A DNA stretch of 64,000 nt, taken from positions 757 through 64,756 of the forward strand of contig WJJI01000014.1 of assembly GCA_014729795.1 (NCBI GenBank). The letters are read 5' to 3'. This document shows, one piece after another, positions 19,791 through 30,040 of this stretch (within the stretch, counting starts at the first letter, position 1; each line of letters starts with the position of its first letter). The stretch comes from Candidatus Moraniibacteriota bacterium. GTDB taxonomy: Bacteria > Patescibacteriota > Minisyncoccia > CAIUEV01 > JAHKAQ01. Made by a program: the position numbers and the translations under genes. Below the pieces are notes generated by a model, which ran no database searches, was not told the DNA's origin, and saw only the letters and a list, made by a program, of their open reading frames with translations.

Positions 19791-21569
19791 ATGAATCAAA
19801 AAACCGGCAAAACTAAAAAATCAGAGTCAAATCGGGAGACTTTGCGTCATTCTACCGCTCATGTTTTAGCCAAAGCAATATTGGAATTATTTCCTAAAAC
19901 CAAAGTTGCCATTGGCCCTGCCATTGATCATGGTTTTTATTATGACTTTGAGTTTGTAAAGCCGATAGCTCAAAAGGACTTGCCCAAAATAGAAAAAAGA
20001 ATGAAAAAGATCATTAATCAGAATTTGAAGTTTAAAAAAAAGCAAATCTCCGTTCAAGCGGCGTTAAAGCTTTTTAAAAAATTGAATCAGCCCTACAAAG
20101 TGGAACTAATCAAAGAGCTTAAGCGTCACGAAAAGGTCGAAAAAGTAACCGTCTACCAATTAGGCGATTTTCAAGATTTATGTCGAGGCCCTCATCTGGA
20201 ATCAACCGGTAAAATTAATGCTCAAGCTATCAAATTAACCGAATTAGCCGGCGCTTATTGGCAAGGAGATGAAAAAAACAAGATGCTTACCCGAATTTAT
20301 GGCGTGGTTTTTGCAACCAAAGCGGCTTTAAAAAAACATCTAGAAATGTTGGAGCAAGCAAAAAAGCGCAATCACCGCAAGCTTGGCAAAGAACTGGAAT
20401 TATTTGCGATCTTCCCGGAAATCGGCCAGGGCTTACCGGTTTGGCTGCCTAACGGGTACACAATCAGACGTGTTTTAGAGGATTATATGTTAAAACTGGA
20501 AAAAAGTTATGGCTATGAACATATCTTAACACCCGTGATTAATCGCAAAGAACTATTTGAAACCTCGGGTCACCTCGAGTTTTATCAAGATTCTATGTAC
20601 ACTCCGTTGGAAATTGACCGGCAAACCTTTTATCTCAAGCCCATGAACTGCCCGGCCGGTATGATGGTTTACAAAATGAAGCCTAGAAGCTACAAGGATT
20701 TACCGGTGAAAATGGGAGAACTCGGCACGGTTTATCGTTATGAACAATCGGGAGAACTGCACGGTTTACAAAGAGTTAGGGGCTTTACCCAAAATGATGC
20801 CCATATATTTTGTACTCCGGAACAGCTGGAACAAGAATTTATGGAAGTAATCGAATTATTTGAAATCTTTTTTAAAAATGTTGGTTTTCATGAATATAAG
20901 TACCGTTTATCGCTTCGAGATGAAGACAGCTCCAAGTACGTGGGCGATAAAGACCGCTGGGAATGGGCGCAAAACGTGATGAGAAAAGTGCTTAAAAAAA
21001 ACAAAGTAGACTTTTATGAAGAACCGGGAGAAGCCGCTTTTTACGGACCCAAAATTGATGTTCAGGCCGTCAATGTTTTTGGTAAAGAAGATTCAATCGG
21101 TACCAACCAGATCGATTTTAATTTGCCTGAAAGGTTTAACCTTCATTACATTGATGAAACCGGCTCCAAAAAACAGCCTTTTGTGATTCACCGGGCTTTG
21201 ATCGGATCTTTTGAAAGATTTTTTGCTTTTTTTATCGAACACCACGCCGGCGCGTTTCCGATCTGGCTATCAGCTTTACAAGTCATGATCATTCCGGTCT
21301 CGGATAAATATTTAAGTTATGCCCAAAAAGTGGCCAAAAAGCTAAAACAAGAAGACATCAGAGTAAAAATTGACTCTTCAGCCGAGTCCCTGGGCAAAAA
21401 AATCAGAACCAATCAAAAGCAAAAAATCCCTTACATGCTAATTGTTGGAGATAAAGAAGCCGATCAAGAAAAGGTAGCGGTTAGAACGCGAGATCAGGGT
21501 GATATGGGCGCGATAAAATTGGCTAAATTTATTCGGGAAATAAAAGCCAAGCTGGCAAAATTTCAATAA
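19791..21569 (+). CDS. thrS: threonine--tRNA ligase
   Basis: RHSTAHVLA, DLCRGPH, AGAYWQGD, KPMNCP, RVRGFTQNDAH, AFYGPKID, IHRALIGSFERF. Confidence 0.97.
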   Translation: MNQKTGKTKKSESNRETLRHSTAHVLAKAILELFPKTKVAIGPAIDHGFYYDFEFVKPIAQKDLPKIEKRMKKIINQNLKFKKKQISVQAALKLFKKLNQPYKVELIKELKRHEKVEKVTVYQLGDFQDLCRGPHLESTGKINAQAIKLTELAGAYWQGDEKNKMLTRIYGVVFATKAALKKHLEMLEQAKKRNHRKLGKELELFAIFPEIGQGLPVWLPNGYTIRRVLEDYMLKLEKSYGYEHILTPVINRKELFETSGHLEFYQDSMYTPLEIDRQTFYLKPMNCPAGMMVYKMKPRSYKDLPVKMGELGTVYRYEQSGELHGLQRVRGFTQNDAHIFCTPEQLEQEFMEVIELFEIFFKNVGFHEYKYRLSLRDEDSSKYVGDKDRWEWAQNVMRKVLKKNKVDFYEEPGEAAFYGPKIDVQAVNVFGKEDSIGTNQIDFNLPERFNLHYIDETGSKKQPFVIHRALIGSFERFFAFFIEHHAGAFPIWLSALQVMIIPVSDKYLSYAQKVAKKLKQEDIRVKIDSSAESLGKKIRTNQKQKIPYMLIVGDKEADQEKVAVRTRDQGDMGAIKLAKFIREIKAKLAKFQ

Positions 21570-22663
21570 TGAAAAACGTTTTTCTTAAAACTTTTGGTTG
21601 TCAAATGAATTTTTCAGACACCGAAAGAATTACCAATCAATTAATACAATCCGATTATCAATTAAAGTCGGATTTTGAATCAGCCGATCTCGTTATTATT
21701 AATACCTGTGGTGTTAGAGAAACTGCTGAGAATCGGGCCATGAGCCTAGCTCACAAAATTCGCCGTCAAAAACCCAAAGTCAAAATAATCATTACCGGTT
21801 GTCTAGCTAATCGTCCCGACATTCAAAAAAAGATTGGAGCCAAGGCTGATTTGTTTTTAGGCATTCAACAATTGTTTTTTTATCTAAAGCCGGCTAAACA
21901 ATGTCCCGAGAGCCAAACAGGCCAATCAAACAATTCTGATTCGTATCTAGCAATTCAACCCAAATATCAGCATAACCGGCAAATTTTAGTCCCGATTATG
22001 ACTGGCTGTAATAACTTTTGCAGTTACTGTGTGGTGCCTTATGCTCGCGGTCGAGAGTTTTCAAGAAGCAAAGCGCAAATTTCAGCGGAAATTGCTCAAG
22101 CCGTCAAACAGCAAGATCTCCAAAGCGTGGTTTTATTAGGCCAAAATGTTAATAGCTACCGCGACCCAAACAACGAAACTGGTTTTGGTTTTCCGGAGCT
22201 TTTAGCCAAGCTCGCCCGGACTTATCCTAAAATCAAATTCAGTTTCTTAACTTCTCACCCAAAAGATTTTTCTCAAAACCTTATTCGGGTAATTAAAAGC
22301 AATCCCAATGTTTCTCGATCCATTCACTTGCCGGTTCAGGCCGGTAGCGACAAAATTCTAAAAGCCATGAATCGTCCTTATACTAAAAAACAGTATTTGT
22401 CTTTAGTGGCCGAAATCAAAAAGCAACTGCCGGATGTGATTCTCTCAACCGATGTCATTGTGGGATTTCCGGGTGAGACTCGAGCCGATTTTTCTCAAAC
22501 AATCGATATTTTTAAGCGGGCCGGTTTTCATTCAGCTTATATCAACAAGTACTCGCCCAGACCGGGCACTGCCGCATATAAATTGCAAGACCCGATTTCG
22601 CAAAAAGAAAAAAGACGCCGAGAGCAAGTTTTAAAACAAACCCTTGAACGCATAAAGGCTTAA
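21569..22663 (+). CDS. miaB: MiaB-type tRNA methylthiotransferase without a TRAM domain
   Basis: TFGCQMNFSDTE, NTCGVRE, CNNFCSYC, LLGQNVNSY, HLPVQAGSD, YSPRPGT. Confidence 0.85.
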   Translation: MKNVFLKTFGCQMNFSDTERITNQLIQSDYQLKSDFESADLVIINTCGVRETAENRAMSLAHKIRRQKPKVKIIITGCLANRPDIQKKIGAKADLFLGIQQLFFYLKPAKQCPESQTGQSNNSDSYLAIQPKYQHNRQILVPIMTGCNNFCSYCVVPYARGREFSRSKAQISAEIAQAVKQQDLQSVVLLGQNVNSYRDPNNETGFGFPELLAKLARTYPKIKFSFLTSHPKDFSQNLIRVIKSNPNVSRSIHLPVQAGSDKILKAMNRPYTKKQYLSLVAEIKKQLPDVILSTDVIVGFPGETRADFSQTIDIFKRAGFHSAYINKYSPRPGTAAYKLQDPISQKEKRRREQVLKQTLERIKA

Positions 22664-22676
22664 AATTAAAATCAGC

Positions 22677-23792
22677 TTATTTTAAATCGCGAGCGTGTTT
22701 TTGAATAAAGTTTAAAATGTGTTTTTTAAAATTTTTTTGACTAAATGATTGAGCGTGGTTCGCGATTATTTTAGGATTAAAATTTATTTTCTCGAATTCA
22801 TGCACAGCCTTTATAATGCCTGCCGGGCTCTGATCATGAAAAAAAATACCGGTTTTGCCCGAAACAACCGTTTCGGTTGCTCCTCCCTGGCCATAAGCGA
22901 TAACGGGTCGCCCGCAAGCCATGGCTTCAAGCGGCACCAAACCAAAATCTTCCTCTTGAGGGTAAATTAAAGCTTTGGCTTTTTGATAAACTCGAGTCAA
23001 ATCCGCTCCGGAGCTGCTTAAGCGACCCAGAAATTCGATGTTTGGACCTGCAATTTTTTTTAATTTTTTTAATTCCGGCCCGCTACCGACAATCTTTAGT
23101 TTTTTCTTAAGTCGGTTAAAAGCTTGAATTCCAAGATCAAATTTTTTGTATGGTACTAGTCGACCAACCATTAAATAATAACCTTGATCCGAATCGGGTT
23201 GTTTTTTTAGCGGTTGAAAATTTTCCAAAAAAACCGGCGGATGAATCACCGTGGAATCGGTTTTGTAGTATTTTTTGATTCTTTTTTGCACCAGTCTTGA
23301 GTTGGCGATAAAGTGATCCACTCTTTTTGCCGCCATTTGATCCCAAAGACGAATGTAATTCATTCCCACCGGTACTAATTTTTTGATGATTTTGGGATAA
23401 AGATGAAATTCTCGAGTGTATTTATGGCAATCATCCCAGGCGTAACGCATCGGAGTATGACAGTAGCAAATGTGCAAAGCGTTGGGTTTGGTTATCACTC
23501 CCTTGGCGTAACTGGATGAATCGGAAAGCACCACGTCGTAGTAGGATAAATCAAATTGTTCAATAGCCATAGGCATGAGAACCGGAAAGAAGTGATGCTC
23601 GCTGCGAGAAAAGGGGATTTTTTGTAAAAAAGAAGTGATAATTTCTTTTTTTTGAAAAGCTTTACTTAAAGCCGATTGATTGTGTACCAGGGTATAAATT
23701 GGCGCGTTAGGAAATAACTCGCAAAAACTTTCCAAGACCCTTTCCGCTCCTCCGTATTGAATTAAATAATCATGAACCAAGGCAATTCTCAT
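22677..23792 (-). CDS. glycosyltransferase family 4
   Basis: MRIALVHDYLIQYGGAERV, YCHTPMRYAWD, EEDFGLVPLEAMACGRPVIA. Confidence 0.92.
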   Translation of the reverse strand: MRIALVHDYLIQYGGAERVLESFCELFPNAPIYTLVHNQSALSKAFQKKEIITSFLQKIPFSRSEHHFFPVLMPMAIEQFDLSYYDVVLSDSSSYAKGVITKPNALHICYCHTPMRYAWDDCHKYTREFHLYPKIIKKLVPVGMNYIRLWDQMAAKRVDHFIANSRLVQKRIKKYYKTDSTVIHPPVFLENFQPLKKQPDSDQGYYLMVGRLVPYKKFDLGIQAFNRLKKKLKIVGSGPELKKLKKIAGPNIEFLGRLSSSGADLTRVYQKAKALIYPQEEDFGLVPLEAMACGRPVIAYGQGGATETVVSGKTGIFFHDQSPAGIIKAVHEFEKINFNPKIIANHAQSFSQKNFKKHILNFIQKHARDLK

Positions 23793-23804
23793 ATATATAT
23801 TTAT

Positions 23805-25238
23805 TTATTCAACTTTTCTTTTCCTAAAAATCGCTAAAGGGGTTTTTAAAATAATAGCGATATCCATCCAAAGCGACCAGTTTTCCATATAATAAACGTC
23901 TAAACTCACCTCCGCGTCAAAATCCAGGTCGCTTCGTCCCGAAATCTGCGCCAAGCCGGTAATACCAGGCTTTATGTAAAACATTCTTTGCTGGTCATAA
24001 CTGTATTTCTCAACCTCATAGCTCATGTGTGGTCGATAACCCACCACGCTCATGTCGCCTTTTAAAACATTAAAAAATTCAGGCAGCTCATCAAGCGAAT
24101 AACGGCGTAAAGTTTTACCCAAACGAGTTACGCGAGGATCGTTTTTTATTTTATGCAAAGGGCTGCCGCGGCGAGTGTTTTTGTTTTTATCCCGCTCAAG
24201 TTTTTTCAGGACTTGATTCCCGGCTTTTGTGCCAAATTCGCCATCGCAAAGATCGGCGCGCATAGTTCTAAATTTATAAAAAACAAATTTTTGCTTGCGA
24301 TAACCACAACGATAATCTTTGTAAATTATTGGACCGGGTGAATCAAGTTTAATTAAAATAGCAATCATAATATACAGCGGAGCAAACACTAAAACAAACA
24401 AACTAGCGAAAATAATATCAAAAGCTTTTTTCAATACGCGCCCCCAACCATCAAGCGCGGTTCGATTAAGCTCGATTAATGGAAATCCCGCCAACTCTCG
24501 AATATTGATATTGGTAGCATGAGCCTGAAACAAATTAGGCACGTATTTAAAATCGATTTTAAAAATGTCGCTGAAACGCACCAGCATATTGATCTTTTGT
24601 TTATGTAAATTAGGATCGCAATTGATAATCTCATCAACGCCCTTTTTGTCTTTAATTTTTTTCAGCTTTTCCCAACTTATGTTTTCGTTATAATAACCAA
24701 TCACTGAATATCCTAAACCCGGTCTTCTCTCAAACAATTGTTTAATTGTTTCTCCGATTGGATTGTGACCTATCAATAGGACGCGATGAACCCCGACGCC
24801 TTTAGTGCGAGCTAAATGGTTTTGAAAAAGCCTAATCACGGTTCGGATAAAAGAAGCCGCGAAAATTGTCAACAACCAAGCCGATAAAATGATAAATCGA
24901 GAGGACAATAATTCTCGATTAAAAAAGAGAGTGATAATTAAAACCATTAAAGCCGTGGAAGTAGCCATAAAAATTTTTCTTATTTCTCTCAGTTTCGGTC
25001 GATTAGCTTTCATGGAGTATAAACCCTCCAGAGTGAAAATAAAAACCACAAAAAGCGCGATCCACCAAGAAGCAACAAAATAGTTTTGAAAACCGGCTTC
25101 AACCACGGTAGTGCGGCTAAAAACTTGACCAAAGTAAGGATGAGATCGAATGTAATAACTTAAAATAATCGAGCCCACGATTAGCAAATAATCGATAGGA
25201 ACCAAAATTACGTTAAAAAAAATTTCTGATTTTTTCAT
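23805..25238 (-). CDS. polyprenyl-phosphate sugar phosphotransferase (WcaJ/WbaP family)
   Basis: Four N-terminal TMs, YKFRTM, DPRVTRLG, SLDELPEFFNVLKGDMSVVG, KPGITGLAQISGRS. ATG at 25238 preferred as start. Confidence 0.92.
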   Translation of the reverse strand: MKKSEIFFNVILVPIDYLLIVGSIILSYYIRSHPYFGQVFSRTTVVEAGFQNYFVASWWIALFVVFIFTLEGLYSMKANRPKLREIRKIFMATSTALMVLIITLFFNRELLSSRFIILSAWLLTIFAASFIRTVIRLFQNHLARTKGVGVHRVLLIGHNPIGETIKQLFERRPGLGYSVIGYYNENISWEKLKKIKDKKGVDEIINCDPNLHKQKINMLVRFSDIFKIDFKYVPNLFQAHATNINIRELAGFPLIELNRTALDGWGRVLKKAFDIIFASLFVLVFAPLYIMIAILIKLDSPGPIIYKDYRCGYRKQKFVFYKFRTMRADLCDGEFGTKAGNQVLKKLERDKNKNTRRGSPLHKIKNDPRVTRLGKTLRRYSLDELPEFFNVLKGDMSVVGYRPHMSYEVEKYSYDQQRMFYIKPGITGLAQISGRSDLDFDAEVSLDVYYMENWSLWMDIAIILKTPLAIFRKRKVE

Positions 25239-25445
25239 AAATTTAATTAGGAAGTTGTAAAAAATCAATATTTCTAATCTCGGTTTTCCGGTAAAACAAT
25301 ATTTTGCTAAACAATTGGGTTTTCTCTGAAAATTCTTGCTAAAAAAAGAAATTCTTGTAAAATATTAATAGGATTTTTAAGCATAAGCAAAATCTCAACT
25401 AGATTATCTTAAAAATTCGTCAAAAAAACAAGCTATTTTTTATAG

Positions 25446-26006
25446 TGTCGCCAACATCTGCCAAAACGCGTGGCTGCTAGGCTGTCCAAATGTGCTTTTC
25501 AACGACTACAACCCTTTATTGTTTTAAGTTAATTTAGTTAATGACTGGAACACAATTATTATTATAAATCAATAAATTTTGTTTTAAAAGCATTTTCGGC
25601 CGGCCTAGAGGAAAGTCCGGACATAATTAAGGGGTAGTGGGTAACGCCCACCTCTTTTGAGGGCAACTTTAAAAGACGGGAAAGTGCCGCAGAGACTATA
25701 CTATCCAGTCGGCTTAAGCTGACTGGAAAAAGGTGAAAAGTAAACCGGTGTTTTAGTGGTTATTACCTTAAAGCTACGGTTTTCGCCCGCCGGCAACGGT
25801 GACGCGTGGCAAACCCTACCTTATGCAAGGCCGTGTCCGGTTCCAAGCCTGGTTAAACAGTAACGCTTTTTAACCAAGCTGTTTAGCTGGGCTGGGACCG
25901 GAAGAGCCGCTTTGAGCTTTGTGGCAACGCAAAGCCTAGATAAATAGCCACGATTCAATTTTTGAATACAGAATCCGGCTTATAGTTTTGGCCGATGTTG
26001 GTGACA
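25446..26006 (+). ncRNA. rnpB: RNase P RNA with a greatly extended P3
   Basis: GAGGAAAGTCCGG at about 25608 and ACAGAATCCGGCTTAT at about 25968 form P4; P1 is TGTCGCCAACATCTGCCAAAAC/GTTTTGGCCGATGTTGGTGACA; P2 is CGTGGCT/AGCCACG; conserved GAAAGTGCCGCAGAGAC and GGTGAAA. Confidence 0.95.
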
Positions 26007-26281
26007 AATTTAAAAGCAACTATTTCCCGACAAGGCAGGGTAATTTAACTTCATTTTTTGAGGAAATGTACCAACACTAGACTCTACTATGATTGTTTTA
26101 TTTACCACCGATCTCTAAAAATCAAGTTAATTAAATAAAATCCGATAAATATTTAAATAAGTAAAAACCCTGATTAAACCTTAAAAACTGCGCCTTTTGG
26201 AAAAATAATGCTTTATGATATAATATTCTTGACATAAACAATTAATACAATCAAAAGAAGCAGACAAAATAAAAACAAATC

Positions 26282-28570
26282 GTGAATATAGAAAAAATAA
26301 AAACAATCGCTACTTCAGCAACCCTGATTATTATAGGAATTTTTTTTGTATTACCTGCTTCCGCCTCGGCTCTGACCTCTTTTTCTTTTGATGTGCCGGA
26401 AGGGCAGGGCGCCTCCAATAATGAATTTTATACCGGACGCTGCGTGCGAGCCGATGTATTACTAGATACAGATGGACACGATGCTGGTGGAGCCGATTTG
26501 ATAATCAACTATTCGAATACTGACATTCAAATCGTGGAAAGCGACTGCGCGACTCCGGCAACCACCATTTACGAAGGAGCCTCGGAAGCCTCAGGTGATG
26601 AACTTTTTGATAACCATATTTTTAATAATGTTAATCCCTCAAGCATAACCTTGGGAGCCTATAATAATTTTGGCAATGTTTATAATGGCTCTGGAGTTTA
26701 CGCTCATTTTTACTTTTTAGTTTTATCTCAATCTGGTAGTTATGATCTGGATTTTGATTTTACTCTCGGCAACACCCTGGATTGCAACCTATCCGAAGCT
26801 GGAACAGGCGCTGACATCCTTGAGCAGGCAAATGACTATACTTTAAATTTAGTTCCTGATCCGATTGGGGACCTGCCCTACATAACCGATCAAACACCAG
26901 CCGACGGAGCGACAGATGTTGCTGTAACTTCCAATGTTTCTTTAAGAATCAATGATGATGCTTCAGGCGTAGATATCGCTAATACAACCATCACCTTAGA
27001 TGGGATTAATTATACAAGCAGTGGCCCGAATTCTTTTAGTTATACCTGTCATACTACTAATTTTAATCGAGTAGATTATTGTGACATTACTATAAACCCC
27101 TCAAGTAATTTCAATTACGGCGCTCTTTATCTGGTTGATGTGGACACCTACGACCTTGGGGAACCCACGGCAAATCATCTAAGCGTGAGCTATTCTTTTA
27201 CCACTGAAACAGATAACGACTCGCCATATATTTATAACCTTAATCCCGGGTCCGGGGCAACAAATGTTGCTACAAACAGCAATATAAGTTTCAATATTGG
27301 CGATATCGCTAACCCTGGTGGTTATCCCGGTTTAGGAGTTGATTTGTCTAGTATTCAAGTGGTTGTTTCCGCTCCAGGCTGGGGCAGTCAAACCTATATC
27401 AACGGAGATTCCGAATTTAACGCTATTGCTAACAGCGCCAACGACTATGGAGATGTATATGATTATAGTATTGAAATTAATCCGGAAAGCGATTTTCCTC
27501 AAAACACCATAGTAAGCATTCAGGTCGTTGCGGATGATTTGAGTTCACCCGCCAATGTTTTAAACACTTCCTATTCTTTCACCACCACTGATACCGATCA
27601 ACCAATTTGTTCTAACTTCTCCCCGGTAAAAAACTCCGCCGCTATGAGTTCCAATGGTAATATAATCTTTGAATGCACCGACAGCGGCAGCGGCATCAAT
27701 ATTGATAGCTTATCCGTGCTCTTAGACGGTAATGTTTACACCTCTAACGGAGCAAATACTTTTGATTACTCCGGGGATGCTTCTGCCTATACAATTACCA
27801 TAGATCCCGTAAACGAAATAGTCAGTCAGTATGCTTTTGAAGTAGTGATTGACGTTAATGATTTTAACAACAATTCGGCGCGTTATTCATATGGTCTAGC
27901 TGCCGGCACCGGAGCTGCAACTTGCGAAGAGTGCGAAGAATGCGAAGAATGCGATGATTGCGATCAAGAATGCGAGCCAGAAACCGAAACGATCATTAAG
28001 TACATTGAAAAAGAATCAACTGATTATAAAGATGGAAATTGCCAAGACTTAGAATCATCAGACACCAGCCCAAGCCAAAACCTTACAGAGTCCGCATCCG
28101 AAAAATCCATTTTTATAAAAACAACCGATCCAACATCATTTACTTTAGAAAAAATCAATGAGATGTTAGTTGGCGGTGAAAATATCGAGGTTAATTCAAC
28201 GGAAGATCAAGTAATTTTTACTGGCACAGCATCGCCTGACAGCTCTTTTACACTAATGATAGAATCTCTGGCAACAAAAAAACAGGGGATTGGTTCTACC
28301 TTGATTTTAAACGGTATGGCCGATCAAACCGGCAACTGGAAGATAGCTATAAAAAACGTATTCACCCAAGGCATGCATGATGTTTCTTTGATTTTAAACA
28401 ACCGGGAAGATGGCAGTCAATTAGATAAAAAAAGGCTTAGTCAATTTGAAGTCAAAACAAAAAAAGAAATATGCTGGCTTTGTATCGTTATTATTTTTCT
28501 AGTTCTTTTAAACATTATTCAGTTTTTAACCAGAAACTCAAAAAAAAATAAAAATGTCGCAAATCAATAA
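26282..28570 (+). CDS. secreted, C-terminally anchored surface protein: cohesin-like domain, Ig-like repeats, Cys-rich linker, Ig-like domain, TM
   Basis: Signal peptide; cohesin-like pattern VLLDTDG..GADLIINY...GSGVYAHFYF...FDFTLGNTLDCNL...DIL; three PYITDQTPADGATDVA-type repeats; C-terminal TM and basic tail. Confidence 0.75.
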   Translation: MNIEKIKTIATSATLIIIGIFFVLPASASALTSFSFDVPEGQGASNNEFYTGRCVRADVLLDTDGHDAGGADLIINYSNTDIQIVESDCATPATTIYEGASEASGDELFDNHIFNNVNPSSITLGAYNNFGNVYNGSGVYAHFYFLVLSQSGSYDLDFDFTLGNTLDCNLSEAGTGADILEQANDYTLNLVPDPIGDLPYITDQTPADGATDVAVTSNVSLRINDDASGVDIANTTITLDGINYTSSGPNSFSYTCHTTNFNRVDYCDITINPSSNFNYGALYLVDVDTYDLGEPTANHLSVSYSFTTETDNDSPYIYNLNPGSGATNVATNSNISFNIGDIANPGGYPGLGVDLSSIQVVVSAPGWGSQTYINGDSEFNAIANSANDYGDVYDYSIEINPESDFPQNTIVSIQVVADDLSSPANVLNTSYSFTTTDTDQPICSNFSPVKNSAAMSSNGNIIFECTDSGSGINIDSLSVLLDGNVYTSNGANTFDYSGDASAYTITIDPVNEIVSQYAFEVVIDVNDFNNNSARYSYGLAAGTGAATCEECEECEECDDCDQECEPETETIIKYIEKESTDYKDGNCQDLESSDTSPSQNLTESASEKSIFIKTTDPTSFTLEKINEMLVGGENIEVNSTEDQVIFTGTASPDSSFTLMIESLATKKQGIGSTLILNGMADQTGNWKIAIKNVFTQGMHDVSLILNNREDGSQLDKKRLSQFEVKTKKEICWLCIVIIFLVLLNIIQFLTRNSKKNKNVANQ
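27923..27976 (+). repeat. 9-bp tandem repeat encoding CEECEECEECDDCDQECE
   Basis: tgcgaagag tgcgaagaa tgcgaagaa tgcgatgat tgcgat... Confidence 0.9.
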
Positions 28571-28572
28571 AC

Positions 28573-29259
28573 ATGTTATTCATAAAAAATAACCCGGTAA
28601 AAAAAATTTTTATATTTTTTTTGTTAATCATTACCTTTTTAGGTGTCTTTTACTATCTTTACACTTTTAAAAAAGACCAAAATCAAAAACAAACAAATAA
28701 AACCCAAGCAAAAATTATTATCAAAGGCTCAATTATTGATTTGCTAAATCAAAAACCATTAGAAAACGTTAGAGTTCAGAGCAAAAAAATTAATTTTTTA
28801 ACCTCTCAAACAGATAAAAATGGAGAATTCGAGATAAAAACCTACCCTAACGATATTTTATTGATTTCCGGATTAGATTTTTATGAACAAATCGAAATTC
28901 CAATTGAAAACAGAAAAAATATCCAAATAGCGCTAAACTCAAAAGCGCTGGCTTTTTTTAGAAAAATTGAAAAAGCCGAGGAGCAGCGGCAATATCGAAA
29001 AATATATCCTTTTATAGTAAATTCAATAGATGAAAATCATTATTTAGCCAAAAAGAATAACTGGCGTGATAACATAGTGCAAAAAGGTTTCTTAGGACCA
29101 AAAACAGTTAAAATAGATCGAGAAGTTCAAATAAAAGAAAATCAATACCAAACAAGCATTCGGTATGTTTTTCAGAAAGAGAATCAAGATTTAATCAAAA
29201 AATATTCTTTTGTTTTTAATAACGATCTAAAATATTTAGATCAAACTATTGATAACTAA
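28573..29259 (+). CDS. membrane-anchored protein with a carboxypeptidase-regulatory-like (Ig) domain
   Basis: N-terminal TM; IKGSIID...KPLENVRV...TDKNGEFEI pattern. Confidence 0.7.
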   Translation: MLFIKNNPVKKIFIFFLLIITFLGVFYYLYTFKKDQNQKQTNKTQAKIIIKGSIIDLLNQKPLENVRVQSKKINFLTSQTDKNGEFEIKTYPNDILLISGLDFYEQIEIPIENRKNIQIALNSKALAFFRKIEKAEEQRQYRKIYPFIVNSIDENHYLAKKNNWRDNIVQKGFLGPKTVKIDREVQIKENQYQTSIRYVFQKENQDLIKKYSFVFNNDLKYLDQTIDN

Positions 29260-29876
29260 TCGCCTACTTTACCATAATTAGCGTTAGCTTTTGTTACGTC
29301 CATAGAGTTAACTTGATGATTTTCATCAACATCGGCTCTGTTGTCGGAAACTCCTGAGTCAATCACACCCCATTGTGATTGAATATAGGAAATGTCTAAA
29401 GAGTTAACCATATTATCGCCGGTTCCATAAGCATCACCAACCAGTAGGGGATTGGTCCCGGCATCGGTAAAGTCAATGTTGTTTAGTCCGCTTACCAGAG
29501 TCACGGTCTTCTTTAATTTTAAATGGGAATAACCATTGACTGCTACATCATAAGTGCCCGGGGTTATACCTGTTAATGGCAAGGCTGAGCTATAAATTCC
29601 ATTATTATCGGTATCAATAGGACCGAATGTGTCTATAGGAGTAGTGCTGCCTACGTTTCTGACTTCAATATAGGCTTGAGTTGAATTGTTGCCGGTTAAA
29701 GGCACTCGTTTTTCCGGAATAGCGGTAAAGTTAATGGTAACGTTAGCTAACACCTCCGCGGTTATAGTAACGGTTTCATCAAGTGGATTTGCTTTGGTTT
29801 GATTATAAACAAAAAAAGCCATGAAAATGGTAAAAATCAAAAAAAGAGTTAAAAATAATATTTTTATTTTTTTCAT
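29256..29876 (-). CDS. secreted protein with a C-terminal dockerin-like domain
   Basis: Signal/anchor, an Ig-like segment (TDNNG...GTYDVAV), and two Ca-binding repeats GDAYGTGDNMVNSLD and ADVDENHQVNSMD. Confidence 0.8.
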   Translation of the reverse strand: MKKIKILFLTLFLIFTIFMAFFVYNQTKANPLDETVTITAEVLANVTINFTAIPEKRVPLTGNNSTQAYIEVRNVGSTTPIDTFGPIDTDNNGIYSSALPLTGITPGTYDVAVNGYSHLKLKKTVTLVSGLNNIDFTDAGTNPLLVGDAYGTGDNMVNSLDISYIQSQWGVIDSGVSDNRADVDENHQVNSMDVTKANANYGKVGD

Positions 29877-30040
29877 TTGTGTGGTTAAATTATCAGCAAC
29901 TACAACCAGCCCCCAAGGCCATCTGTTTATTTAATAATATTATAATTTATTTTATAATTATTGTCCAAATCCATAGGCCTGTTCCTAAAAACAATTATCG
30001 GTTATAATGCAAACAATCATTAAGCCAACAAACAAAAAAA

